Shown here in pieces: positions 53,301 to 62,900 of a stretch of DNA of 64,000 nucleotides (position 1 is the stretch's first letter; every line of letters begins with the position of its first letter). The translations under genes were made by a program, and so were the position numbers. The notes beneath the pieces were generated by a model. That model was given only the letters and a program-made list of their open reading frames with translations. It had not been told where the DNA came from and ran no database searches. The stretch comes from an uncultured Gemmatimonadales bacterium (GTDB lineage Bacteria > Gemmatimonadota > Gemmatimonadetes > Longimicrobiales > Longimicrobiaceae): contig OY970303.1 of assembly GCA_963716255.1 (NCBI GenBank), positions 2,944,001 through 3,008,000 of the forward strand, read 5' to 3'.

Positions 53301-56300
53301 CCGCCAGCCCCGACAGGTCCACGGCGGGGACGGGAAAGGGCGCGGGGGGGAGGACGACCTGCTCGGGATCGCCGCCCGTGTCGCGGAACACGGTGCGCAG
53401 CGCCTCGTGGCGCCGCACGATCTCGGTGAGGGCGCGCCGCAGCGTCCGCGGGTCCAGCGCGCCGCGCAGCCGCAGCGGGAAGGGGAGGTTGTAGGCGGCG
53501 CTTGCCGGCTCCATGCGCTGGATGAACCAGAGCCGCTGCTGCGCGAACGAGAGCGGGAGCGGCCCGTCGCGGGGGGCGTGCCGGATGGGGGGCGGCAGCA
53601 GCCCGGCGCCGGCGCGCAGCAGGGCGTCCACGCGCTCGGCCAGCGCGGCCGGGGTGCGCGCCTCGAACATGGCGCGCAGTGACAGGTCGGCGCCGGTGGC
53701 CTGGCGCACGCGGGTGACCACGCGGGTGGCGAGCAGCGAGTGCCCTCCCAGCGCGAAGAAGTCGTCCTCCGCCCCCACGCGCTCCCTTTCCAGCATCTCC
53801 GCCCAGATCCCGGCCAGGATCTCTTCGGTGGGGGTGCGGGGCGCCACGTACGCTTCCGCGGCGGGCCCCGCGGGGGCGGGGAGCGACCGCCGGTCGACCT
53901 TGCCGCTGGAGGTCAGCGGAAGACTCTCCAGCTCCACCACGACGTCGGGGACCATGTGCCCGGGGAGCCGCCCCGCCAGCCAGGCGCGCAGCTCGGCGGC
54001 GGTGGGCGCGGCGCCGGCCTCCGGAACCACGTACCCCACCAGCCGCGCCTCCCCCGCCGCGTCCGCCCGTGCGGCCACCGCGGCCTCCCGCACCCGCGGG
54101 TGCGCGGCGAGCGCGGCCTCCACCTCGCCCGGCTCGATGCGGAAGCCCCGCACCTTGACCTGCTGGTCCGTGCGCCCCATCCACTCCAGCTCGCCGTCCG
54201 CGCGGCGGCGCACGCGGTCGCCGGAGCGGTACATGCGCGCCCCGGGCTCGCCGGCGAACGGGTCGGGGACGAACTTCTCCGCGGTCAGCTCCGGCCGCCC
54301 CAGGTAGCCGCGCGCCACCCCCGCGCCGCCCGCGTACAGCTCGCCCGGGACGCCCTCCGGGACCAGGCCGCCGTACGCGTCCAGCAGGTACACGCGCGCG
54401 TTGCCGACCGGCCGCCCGATGCCGAACGCCCTCCCCGGCTCCACCCGCGCCGCCGTGGTGTTGACCGTCGCCTCGGTGGGCCCGTAGTGGTTCCACAGCG
54501 CCACGCCGGGAAACGCCGCGAAGGTGCGCTCCGCCAGCCCGGCCGGCAGCGCCTCGCCCCCCAGCAGCACCGCCTGGAGCCCCGGGGGCGCGGGCGCCTC
54601 CCCGGAGCTCACCCGCTCCAGCACGGCGCTCCACAGCGAGGGCACCCCGCCGAAGGACACCCGCCCGCCGGCGGCGAGGACGTCCAGCAGCGCCGCCGGG
54701 TCGGTGGCCGTTTCCTCGGGGAGCACCCACACCGGCTCGCCGCGCAGCAGCGGCGGGAAGAGCTGCCGAACGTGCGCGTCGAACCCCAGGCGGCTCACCA
54801 GCGGCAGCGCGAACCCCTCCTCCCCCAGCACCTCCCGGTCGAACCAGTCCAGGTAGCTGGACAGGCCGCGGTGCGTGGCGAGCACGCCCTTGGGGGCGCC
54901 GGTGGAGCCGGAGGTGTAGATGACGTACGCAAGGTTGTCGGGATCGACGGAGATCCGTGCGTCGACCCTATCCCTCACCCCCGGCCCCTCTCCCACGAGG
55001 GGGGAGGGGGCCGGGGGGAGGGGGGTCTCCACGTCCACCACCGGCACGCCGCGCACCCGCCCCGCCAGCCCGGCGCTGGTCACGACGGCGGCGGCACCGG
55101 CGTCGCGGAGGAGGAGCTGAAGGCGCTCGTCGGGGTAGGCGGGGTCCAGGGGGAGGTAGGCGCCGCCCGCGCGCAGGATTCCCAGCACGGCGGCCACCAG
55201 GCCGGGCCCGCGCTCCAGCAGGATCCCGGCGCGCGCGTCGGGGCCCACGCCCAGGGCGCGCAGGCGGGCGGCGAGGGCGGCGGAGCGGCGGTCCAGCTCG
55301 GCGTAGCTCCACGTCCCGCCGGGAAAGACCACCGCGGGGGCGCCGGGGGCGAGGGCCGCCCGCGCGGCGAAGCGCTCGTGCACGGGGCGCGGATCGGGGG
55401 GCGTCACGGGGCCGCGGCCCTCCGCCAGCACGCGGACGCGCTCCCCGGGGGAAAGCAGCTCGATCGCGGAGATCCTGCCGTCCGGGTCGGCGGCCATCGC
55501 GGCGAGGACGCGCTCGTACTGCGCGAGCATGCGCTCCACCGTGGGGCCGTCGAAGAGGGCGCTGCGGAAGGTGAGGGTGGCGGCCATCTCCCCGGCCGGA
55601 TCGCCCGCGGCCATGCTCAGGTCGAACTTGGCCGCGGTGTCCGGGGACTCGATCGAGTCCACGCCCACGTCGCCCAGGCGCACGGGCTCCTCGGCGGCGC
55701 GCTGGAGCGAGAACATCACCTGGAAGAGGGGAGCCCCCCCGGCGACGCGCTCGGGGTGCAGCTCGTCCACCAGCTGGTCGAACGGGAGGTCCTGGTTGGC
55801 GTGGGCGCCCAGCACCGCCTCGCGGGTGCGCGCCAGCAGCTCGCGCACGGTGGGATCGCCGGACAGGTCGGCGCGCATCACCAGCGTGTTGACGAAGAAC
55901 CCCAGCGTTCCCTCCACCTCCGGACGGGTGCGCCCGGCGACCGGGGTCCCCACGGCCACGTCCCCGGTCCCGGCGTGCCGGCCCAGGAGGAGCTGCCAGG
56001 CGGCGAGCAGCGTCATGAACAGCGTGGCGCCCTCGGCCTGCGCGAGCGCCCGCACCGCGTGCCCCGTCTGCGCGGCGAAGGTGCGGGAGCGGCGTCCGCC
56101 CGCCGTGCCGACGGAGGCGACCCGCGGCCGGTCGGTGGGGAGGTCCAGGAGCGGCGGGAGGCCGGCCAGGCGGGCGCGCCAGAATGCGAGCTGCGCCTCC
56201 AGGCGCTCGCCGCCCAGGTGCTCGCGCTGCCACACGGCGAAGTCGGGGTACTGCACCTCGGGGTCGGCGAGCGCGGGCGCCCTCCCGGCGGCGAAGGCGT

Positions 56301-56898
56301 CGTACAGCTCGGCCGTCTCGCGCACCATGATCCCCATGGACCATTCGTCGCTGACGATGTGGTGCATGCCGAAGAGCAGCGCCTGTTCCCCGTCGGCGAG
56401 GCGCGCCCGCATGGCGCGCAGCAGGGGGCCGCGCTCCAGGTCGAACAGGCGGGCGTTGGCCGCGGCCACCACGCGGGTCAGGGCGCGCTCGCGGTCGTCC
56501 TCCGCCAGCCCGGCCAGGTCGGCCACGGGGAGGACGACGGGCGAGGGGGGGAGCACCACCTGCACGGGCTCGCCCTCGCCGCCGCCCTCGCGGAACACGG
56601 TGCGGAGCGCCTCGTGGCGCCGCACCAGCTCCCCCAGCGCCAGGGCGAGGGCCCGCGTGTCCAGCGGACCGCGCAGCCGTAGCGACAGCGGCAGGCCGTA
56701 CGCCACGCTCCCGGGCGCCGCCTGCTCGGCGAGCCAGATGCGGCGCTGGGCGAAGGAAAGGGGGAGCGGCCCGCCGCCCGCCGGGCGGGGGCGGACCGGC
56801 GGCGGGCCGGAGCCCCGGGCCTTTTCCTGGAGGATCTTCTGGAGGAGGAGGCGCTTCTCCGGGGAAAGGTGCGCCAGGCGGTCCACGTTGTCGCTCAT
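50305..56898 (-). CDS. NRPS ('B'): (C-A-T)x2
   Basis: 2197 aa; HHIVSDEWS and HHAVSDGWS. Codes read by eye: DARGLGHVNK and DVENVGGVTK (basic residue-like). Docking helices at both termini. Confidence 0.97.
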   Translation of the reverse strand: MSDNVDRLAHLSPEKRLLLQKILQEKARGSGPPPVRPRPAGGGPLPLSFAQRRIWLAEQAAPGSVAYGLPLSLRLRGPLDTRALALALGELVRRHEALRTVFREGGGEGEPVQVVLPPSPVVLPVADLAGLAEDDRERALTRVVAAANARLFDLERGPLLRAMRARLADGEQALLFGMHHIVSDEWSMGIMVRETAELYDAFAAGRAPALADPEVQYPDFAVWQREHLGGERLEAQLAFWRARLAGLPPLLDLPTDRPRVASVGTAGGRRSRTFAAQTGHAVRALAQAEGATLFMTLLAAWQLLLGRHAGTGDVAVGTPVAGRTRPEVEGTLGFFVNTLVMRADLSGDPTVRELLARTREAVLGAHANQDLPFDQLVDELHPERVAGGAPLFQVMFSLQRAAEEPVRLGDVGVDSIESPDTAAKFDLSMAAGDPAGEMAATLTFRSALFDGPTVERMLAQYERVLAAMAADPDGRISAIELLSPGERVRVLAEGRGPVTPPDPRPVHERFAARAALAPGAPAVVFPGGTWSYAELDRRSAALAARLRALGVGPDARAGILLERGPGLVAAVLGILRAGGAYLPLDPAYPDERLQLLLRDAGAAAVVTSAGLAGRVRGVPVVDVETPLPPAPSPLVGEGPGVRDRVDARISVDPDNLAYVIYTSGSTGAPKGVLATHRGLSSYLDWFDREVLGEEGFALPLVSRLGFDAHVRQLFPPLLRGEPVWVLPEETATDPAALLDVLAAGGRVSFGGVPSLWSAVLERVSSGEAPAPPGLQAVLLGGEALPAGLAERTFAAFPGVALWNHYGPTEATVNTTAARVEPGRAFGIGRPVGNARVYLLDAYGGLVPEGVPGELYAGGAGVARGYLGRPELTAEKFVPDPFAGEPGARMYRSGDRVRRRADGELEWMGRTDQQVKVRGFRIEPGEVEAALAAHPRVREAAVAARADAAGEARLVGYVVPEAGAAPTAAELRAWLAGRLPGHMVPDVVVELESLPLTSSGKVDRRSLPAPAGPAAEAYVAPRTPTEEILAGIWAEMLERERVGAEDDFFALGGHSLLATRVVTRVRQATGADLSLRAMFEARTPAALAERVDALLRAGAGLLPPPIRHAPRDGPLPLSFAQQRLWFIQRMEPASAAYNLPFPLRLRGALDPRTLRRALTEIVRRHEALRTVFRDTGGDPEQVVLPPAPFPVPAVDLSGLAEPARGREAHRVAAEEMLRPFDLERGPLLRVHVVRVDDAEWLLLGNIHHAVSDGWSTGVLVREVSTLYGAFSRGEPSPLPPLPLQYADYAVWQRGWLRGETLERQVDFWRERLRGAPPLLDLPVDRPRPALPDLTGGDFPFVLPPAELDALRGLARREGATVFVVLLAALQALLARSGAGDDVPVGTSAAGRTRLELEPLIGFFVNTLVLRGDLSGAPTGRELLRRVRETLLEAHAHQDLPFERVVAGLRPERSLAYNPLFQVFLAMVNVDSGELRLGDVEMSGMRTDAYVAQFELALVVSDQRGRVYSTFSYRKELFDESTVERLSAQLRRLVAGMAADPGARVDGIGLLAPEERRAVLAASRGADAGPAPERTLHALFAEAAGRAPGAPAVQVEGGGALTYAQLHARSDRLARFLASRGAGPEAAVGVCMRWSPEMVAAVLAVLKAGAVYLPLDPGDPAERLAYVMGDAGARLLLADASVEGREPEGPWETVRLDVDGERVTAAADDSAPAPGHPAGAAYVIYTSGSTGTPKGVVVEHRAAAAHSLAFAALAGLGAGDRVLQFASAAFDVSLEQLFPTLLAGAALVLRGPEPWSPESFGERARALGITVANLPVAYWQAAAEDAAGGEDAPAPRLVVVGGEAVPSAAVRRWRERFPAPHRLLNGYGPTEAVVTATVHELPEQFPGAWPWPVAPIGGPLPGRAAYVLDGTGEPVADGIPGELYLGGPTLARGYLGRPALTAERWLPDPFSGAAGTRLYRSGDRARRGPGGALEFLGRTDRQLKVRGFRIEPGEVEAALLRHPAVREAAVVAAGEGGAARLVAYLVPAAGREAPAAAELRRGLRGSLPEHLVPAAFVALERLPLTPGGKLDRRALPAPDAGAAAVEHVPPRTPDEERVAAIFAEVLGVERVGAEDHFFDLGGHSLLATRVVARVHREMGVEVPVRVMFEAPTVAALAALAAWLQAARPAPELEEWEVDEEWERLAGLSDEEVRRMLGDG
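54971..55029 (-). repeat. Family B single hairpin in frame within an A domain (NRPS B module 1)
   Basis: ccctcacccccggcccctctccc-acga-ggggggagggggccggggggagggg; encodes ETPLPPAPSPLVGEGPGVR. Confidence 0.9.
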
Positions 56899-56902
56899 CG
56901 CC

Positions 56903-59900
56903 TCAGCTCTCCGTCGCGCGCAGCAGGCGCATCACTTCCTCGTCGCTCATGGCGGCCAGCTTTTCCATCTCCTCGTCCACCTGCCGGTCGTCCACCACGG
57001 CGGCGGGGGCCGCGGCGAGCGCGCGCTCGGCCAGCTCGGCCACGCTGGGCGCCTCGAACAGGGCGCGCAGCGGCAGCTCCACGCCCATGGCGGTCCGCAC
57101 GCGCGCGACCACCTGGGTGGCGAGCAGCGAGTGCCCTCCCAGGTCGAAGAAGTCGTCGTGCACCCCCACGCGCTCCAGCTTCAGCACCTCGGCGAAGATC
57201 CCCGCCAGCATCTCCTCGATCACGCCCCGCGGCGCCGTGTACCCGCGCGCCTCCGCGGGCTCCGGGTCGGGGAGCGCCAGGCGGTCCACCTTTCCGGTGG
57301 AGGTGAGGGGAAGGGCCTCCACCGCCACGAACGCCGCGGGGACCATGTGCTCGGGGACGCGCTCGCGCGCCCACCCCCGCAGCTCGGCCGCGGCGGGCGC
57401 GCCGCCCGGGGCCGCCGGGACCAGCCACGCCACCAGCCGCCGCTCGCCGGACGCGTCGGCGCGCGGGGCCACCACCACCTCGCGCACGGCGGGGTGGGCG
57501 CGCAGCGCGGCCTCCACCTCGCCGGGCTCCACCCGGACGCCCCGCACCTTGACCTGGAAGTCGCTCCGCCCCAGGAACTCCAGGCTCCCGTCCGGCAGCC
57601 GCCGCCCCAGGTCGCCGGTGCGGTAGGCGCGCAGCGGCCCTCCCGCCGGGTCGGGAACGAAGGCGGCGGCGGTCGTCTCCGGCCGCCCCCAGTAGCCCAG
57701 CGCCAGGTGCGCCCCGCGCACCACGATCTCCCCGGCGCCGTACACCGCGGGCTGCTCCCCGGCCGCGCCCACCAGGAGCACGTCGGTGTCCCGCACGGGG
57801 AGCCCCACCGGGAGGACCGCGCCGCGGGGACCGTGCTCGTGGTCCAGGAACGCCTGGAGGGTGACGGTGGACTCGGTGGGCCCCAGCCCGTTGACCAGCA
57901 CGGCCCCCGCGGGGAAGTGCCGCCGGAACGCCTCCCAGTCGCGCCGCTGCGCTTCCTCGCCGCCGAGCACCACCACGCGCACGGCGGGAAAGGCCTCGTC
58001 CCCGTCCAGGGCGCCGGCCAGGTGCCGGAAGACGGTGGGAGTGGAGTGGTACAGGGTGATCCCCTCGCGCCGCATCCACTCCGCGGCGTCGCCGGCGGGC
58101 TCGGCGCGCCAGTCGAACGGGCGCAGCGAGGCGCCGTTCAGCAGGGCGCCCCAGATGGCCATGACCGCCGCGTCGAAGGTGTACGACGAGAACAGCGTGA
58201 GCACGTCGTCCGGCCCGATGCGCAGGTTGTGCGTGTAGGCGCGGATGAAGTGCAGCACGTTGCGGTGGCTCTGCGCCACGCCCTTGGGCCGCCCGGTGGA
58301 GCCGGAGGTGTACAGCAGGTACGCCAGGCCGTCGGGCGAGCCGGCGGGGGGCGGGGGAGGCGGCTCGTCCTCCGGCGCCCCGTCGTCCAGCACGACCACG
58401 GGGACGCGGCCGGCCGCCAGCTCGCGGGCGCGGCCGGCGTGCTCCGCGTCGGCGAGGAGCACGGCGGCGCCGGAGTCCTCCAGCACCCCCGCGCTCCGCT
58501 CCCGCGGCTGCCCGGGGTCCAGCGGGACGTACGCCTTCCCTGCCCTGAGCGCGCCCAGGATCCCCACCAGCATGGGCGCGTCGTGCGCGAAGAGGAGCGC
58601 GGCCCGCTCCCCCGCCCCGGGGGAGGCGCGCAGCAGGGCGGCGGCGGCGCGGCCGGCGGCGCGGTCCAGCTCGGCGTAGGTCAGCGAGTGGCGCGGCGTG
58701 CGCACCGCCAGCCGCTCGGGGTGCAGCCGCGCCTGCGCGGCGAAGCGGGCGTGGAGGGTCTGCTCCGCGGCGTCCTCCGCCCAGGGGAGGAAGGTGCGGC
58801 CGTCCTCCGGGAGGCCGGGCGCGCGGCGCGCCCCGGGGGCGGCCAGCGGGAGATCGGAGACGCGCAGCCCGGGCCGCTCCACCACGGCCTCCAGCAGCGC
58901 CGCCAGGTGGGCGAGCGCCTCGCCCATGCGCGCGTCCTCGAACAGGTCGGCGTCGTACACCAGCTCCAGGCCGATCCCCCCGGCCGTCTCGCGGGCGTAC
59001 AGGTTCCAGTCGTACCGGGCGGGAGCCTGCCCGCCGCCCAGCATCTCCATCTCCACCCCGGGGAGCGCCGTGGGGCCGGCGTCGGCGAAGTTGAGGAAGT
59101 TGAACATCACCTGGAACACCGGCGCGTGGCTCAGGCTGCGCGCGGGAGCCAGCTCCTCCAGCAGCTGCTCGAAGGGGACGTCCTGGTGGGCGTACGCGCC
59201 CAGCGTCGCCTCGCGCACCCGCCCCAGAAGCTCGCGGAAGGTGGGGTCGCCGCCCACGTCGGTGCGGAGCGCCAGGGTGTTGAGGAAGTAGCCGATCATC
59301 CCCTCCGTCTCGGGGCGGGTGCGCCCGGCGATGGGGGTGCCCACCACCACGTCGGTCTCCCCCGTGTAGCGGGCGAGCAGCGCGGCGAAGGCGGCGAGAA
59401 GCGTCATGAACGGCGTGGTCCCCTCCTCCCTGCCGAGCGCGCGCACGGCGTCGGACAGCGCGGCCGGGAGGTGCAGGGCGCGGGAGGCGCCGCGGTGCCG
59501 CTGCACCAGCGGACGGGGGCGCCCCGCGGGTAGCTCCAGCAGGGGAGGGGCGCCGGCGAGCGCGCCGCGCCAGAAGGCGAGCTGCGCCTCCAGCGTCCCG
59601 CCCGTCAGCCAGCCGCGCTGCCACGCGGCGTAGTCGGCGTACTGCACCGGCAGCTCGGGGAGGGGCGAGGGCCCGCCGCGCACGCCGGCCCCGTACAGCG
59701 CCGAGACTTCGCGCAGCAGCACCTGCATGCTCCACCCGTCGGACACGATGTGGTGCAGGGTGAGGAGGAGCGCCCAGTCCTCGTCCGTGGTGCGCAGCAG
59801 CACGCTCCGCAGCAGCGGCCCGCGCGCCAGCTCGAAGGGGCGCGCCGCCTCCTCGCCCGCCAGGCGGCGGCCGGCGGCCTCGCGCGCGCCGTCGGGGAGG

Positions 59901-62900
59901 CAGCGCAGGTCCACGACGGCCAGGGGTCGCGGACCCGCGGGGAGGATGCGCTGCACCGGCTCGCCGTCCACGTCCGGGAACACGGTGCGCAGCGACTCGT
60001 GCCGCCGCACCAGCTCCGCGAGGGCCCGCTCCAGCACCCGCACGTCCAGCGCGCCGCGCAGCCGCAGCGGGAAGGGCATGTTCCAGGCGGAGGTGCCCGG
60101 CTCCAGCCGGTCGATCAGCCAGAGCCGCCGCTGGGCGAAGGAGACCGGCACGTCGGAGCCGCGCGGGACCGGCAGGATGGGCGGCGGGGGGGCGACGCCC
60201 GCGCGCCACGCCTCGGCCACGCGCTCCGCCATCTGCGCCACGGTGGGCGCCTCGAAGAGCGCGCGCAGCGGCAGCTCCACCCCGAACGCCTCGCTCACGC
60301 GGGAGATCGCGACGGTGGCGAGGAGCGAGTGGCCGCCCAGCTCGAAGAAGTTGCCGTTGGCGCCCACGCGCTCCACGTCCAGCACCGTGCCCCAGATCCC
60401 GGCCAGGATCTCCTCCATGGGAGTGCGGGGCGCGACCCACGCCCCCGCGTCCTCCCCGGCCTCCACCTCCGGCAGCGCCTGGCGGTCCAGCTTTCCGCCC
60501 GGAGTCAGGGGAAGCGTCTCCAGCACCACGACCACGGCCGGCACCATGTACTCCGGCAGCCGCTCCGCCAGCCATGCCCGCAGCGCCGCGCCCGCGCCCA
60601 CGGCCGGCTCGCCCTCCGCCACGGTGACGTAGCCCGCCAGCCGCCGGCCGGCGCCCTCGCCGCGCACGGCGACGGCCGCCTCGCGCACCGCCGGGTGCGC
60701 GGCGAGCGCGGCCTCGATCTCGCCCGGCTCGATGCGGAAGCCGCGCACCTTGACCTGCTGGTCCATGCGGCCCAGGAACTCGATCTCGCCGCGCGCGCTC
60801 CAGCGCGCCCGGTCGCCCGTGCGGTACAGCCGGGACCCGCCGCGCGGCTCCGCCGCGAACGGGTCGGGGACGAAGCGCTCGGCGGTCGCATCCGGCCGCT
60901 TCAGGTAGCCGCGGGCCACCCCCAGACCGCCCACGCACAGCTCCCCCGGCCACCCCACGGGCGCCGGCTCCATCGCGGCGTCCAGCACGTACGCGGTGCT
61001 CCCCGCGATCGGCCGCCCGATGGGCACCGTCCAGGCGTCCTCCGCCACCCGCTCGACGGGGTGCCAGGTGCTGAACGTGGTGTTCTCGGTGGGCCCGTAG
61101 CCGTTCACCAGCCGGCGCGGCGGGCCGGCCTCCAGGCAGGCCCGCAGCGAGGGCGGGTCCAGCGCCTCGCCGCCCACGAGCAGGTGCGTCACCGTGGCGA
61201 AGGCGTCCGGCACCTCGCGCACGGTCTGGTTGAAGAGCGTGGCCGTGAGGAACGCCCCGGTCACTCCCTCCCGCCGCAGCGCCTCGGCGAGCTCCCACGG
61301 GTCGAGCACGGTTTCCCGGTCGATGCCGACGACGCAGCCGCCGTTCAGCAGCGCGCCCCAGATCTCCCAGGTGGCGGCGTCGAACACCGGGTTCGCCAGC
61401 TGCGCCACCCGGTCCCCCGGCCCGAACTGCGCGAAATCGGCGCCGCGCACCAGCCGCACGATCCCCCGGTGCGGCACGGCGACGCCCTTGGGGGTGCCGG
61501 TGGAGCCGGAGGTGTAGATGACGCAGGCGAGGCTTTCGGGGGAGACGGATCCCTCACTGGCGGCGGCGAGGGCGCCCCCACCCGGCTCGCCAAGGCTCGC
61601 CACCCTCCCCCAATCCTGGGGGAGGGCTTCCCGGCCCTCGGCTTCCGGCGTGTCGTGCTCCCCCTCCCCCCTTGCGGGGGAGGGGGCCGGGGGGAGGGGG
61701 GTCTCCAGCGCCACGACCTCTCCCGCGAAGCCCGCGAGCCGGTTCCCCGCGGCGCCGTCCGTCAGCAGCACCCGCGCGCCGGCATCGTCCAGCATGTACG
61801 CCAGCCGCTCCGCCGGGTACTGCGGGTCCAGCGGGAGGTAGGCGCCGCCCGCCCGCAGGATCGCCAGCATCCCCACGACCATCTCCGCGGAGCGCTCCGC
61901 GCACAGCCCCACGCGCGCGTCCGGCCCCACCCCGCGCGCCGCCAGCTCCCGCGCCAGCGCGGCGGAGCGGCGGTCCAGCTCCGCGTACGTCGTCGCCGCG
62001 CCGCCAAAGGACAGGGCGGCGGCGTCCGGGGTGCGCGCCGCCTGCGCGGCGAACAGCCCGGGGACGGTGTGCGCCGGCGCGGGGGTGGCGCCCGGGGCGC
62101 CCCACTCCTCGACCAGCACGCGGCGCTCGCCGGGGGTGAAGAGCGGGATGTCGGCGAGACGGCGGCCGGGGTCGGCGAGCGCGCCCTCCAGCAGGGCGGC
62201 GTAGCGCGCCGCCAGCCGCCCGGCGGTGTCCGCGTCGAACAGCTCGGTGCGGAAGACGATGCCGCCGGCGAAGCGTCCGCCCGCGTCCGTCAGCTCCAGC
62301 GCCAGGTCGTACTTGGCCGCGGCCGCCCCGCCGCCGAACGGCTCCACCCGGGCGCCGCCCAGCGACAGCTCGCCCGCATCCGCCGTCTGGAGCGCGAAGA
62401 TCGCCTGGAAGAGGGGGGTGTGGCCCGCTTCGCGGTCCGGCGCCAGCGCCTCCACCAGCCGCTCGAAGGGGAGGTCCTGGTGCGCGAAGGCGCCGAGCAC
62501 GTCCTCGCGGACGCGCCCTAGCAGCCCCTCGAAGGTCTCGTCCGCCGGTACCCGCGCGCGCAGCGCCAGCGTGTTCACGAAGAAGCCGATCAGCCCCTCC
62601 ACCTCGGGGCGGTCGCGTCCCGCGACGGGGGTGCCGACGACCACGTCGTCCACGCCGGACCAGCGGGCGAGCAGCGCCTGCCACGCCGCCAGCAGCGCCA
62701 TGAACGGCGTGGCGCCCCGCTGCCGCGCCCGGGCGCGCACGCGCTCCGACAGCGCCGCCGGGAGCTCCACCCGCACGGCGGCGCCGCGGCCGTCCGGGCG
62801 CGCGGGGCGGGGCCGGTCGACCGGCAGCTCCAGCAGCGGGGGCGCGCCCTCCAGCCGCCCGCGCCACCAGGCGAGCTGCGCGTCCAGCGCCTCGCCCGAC

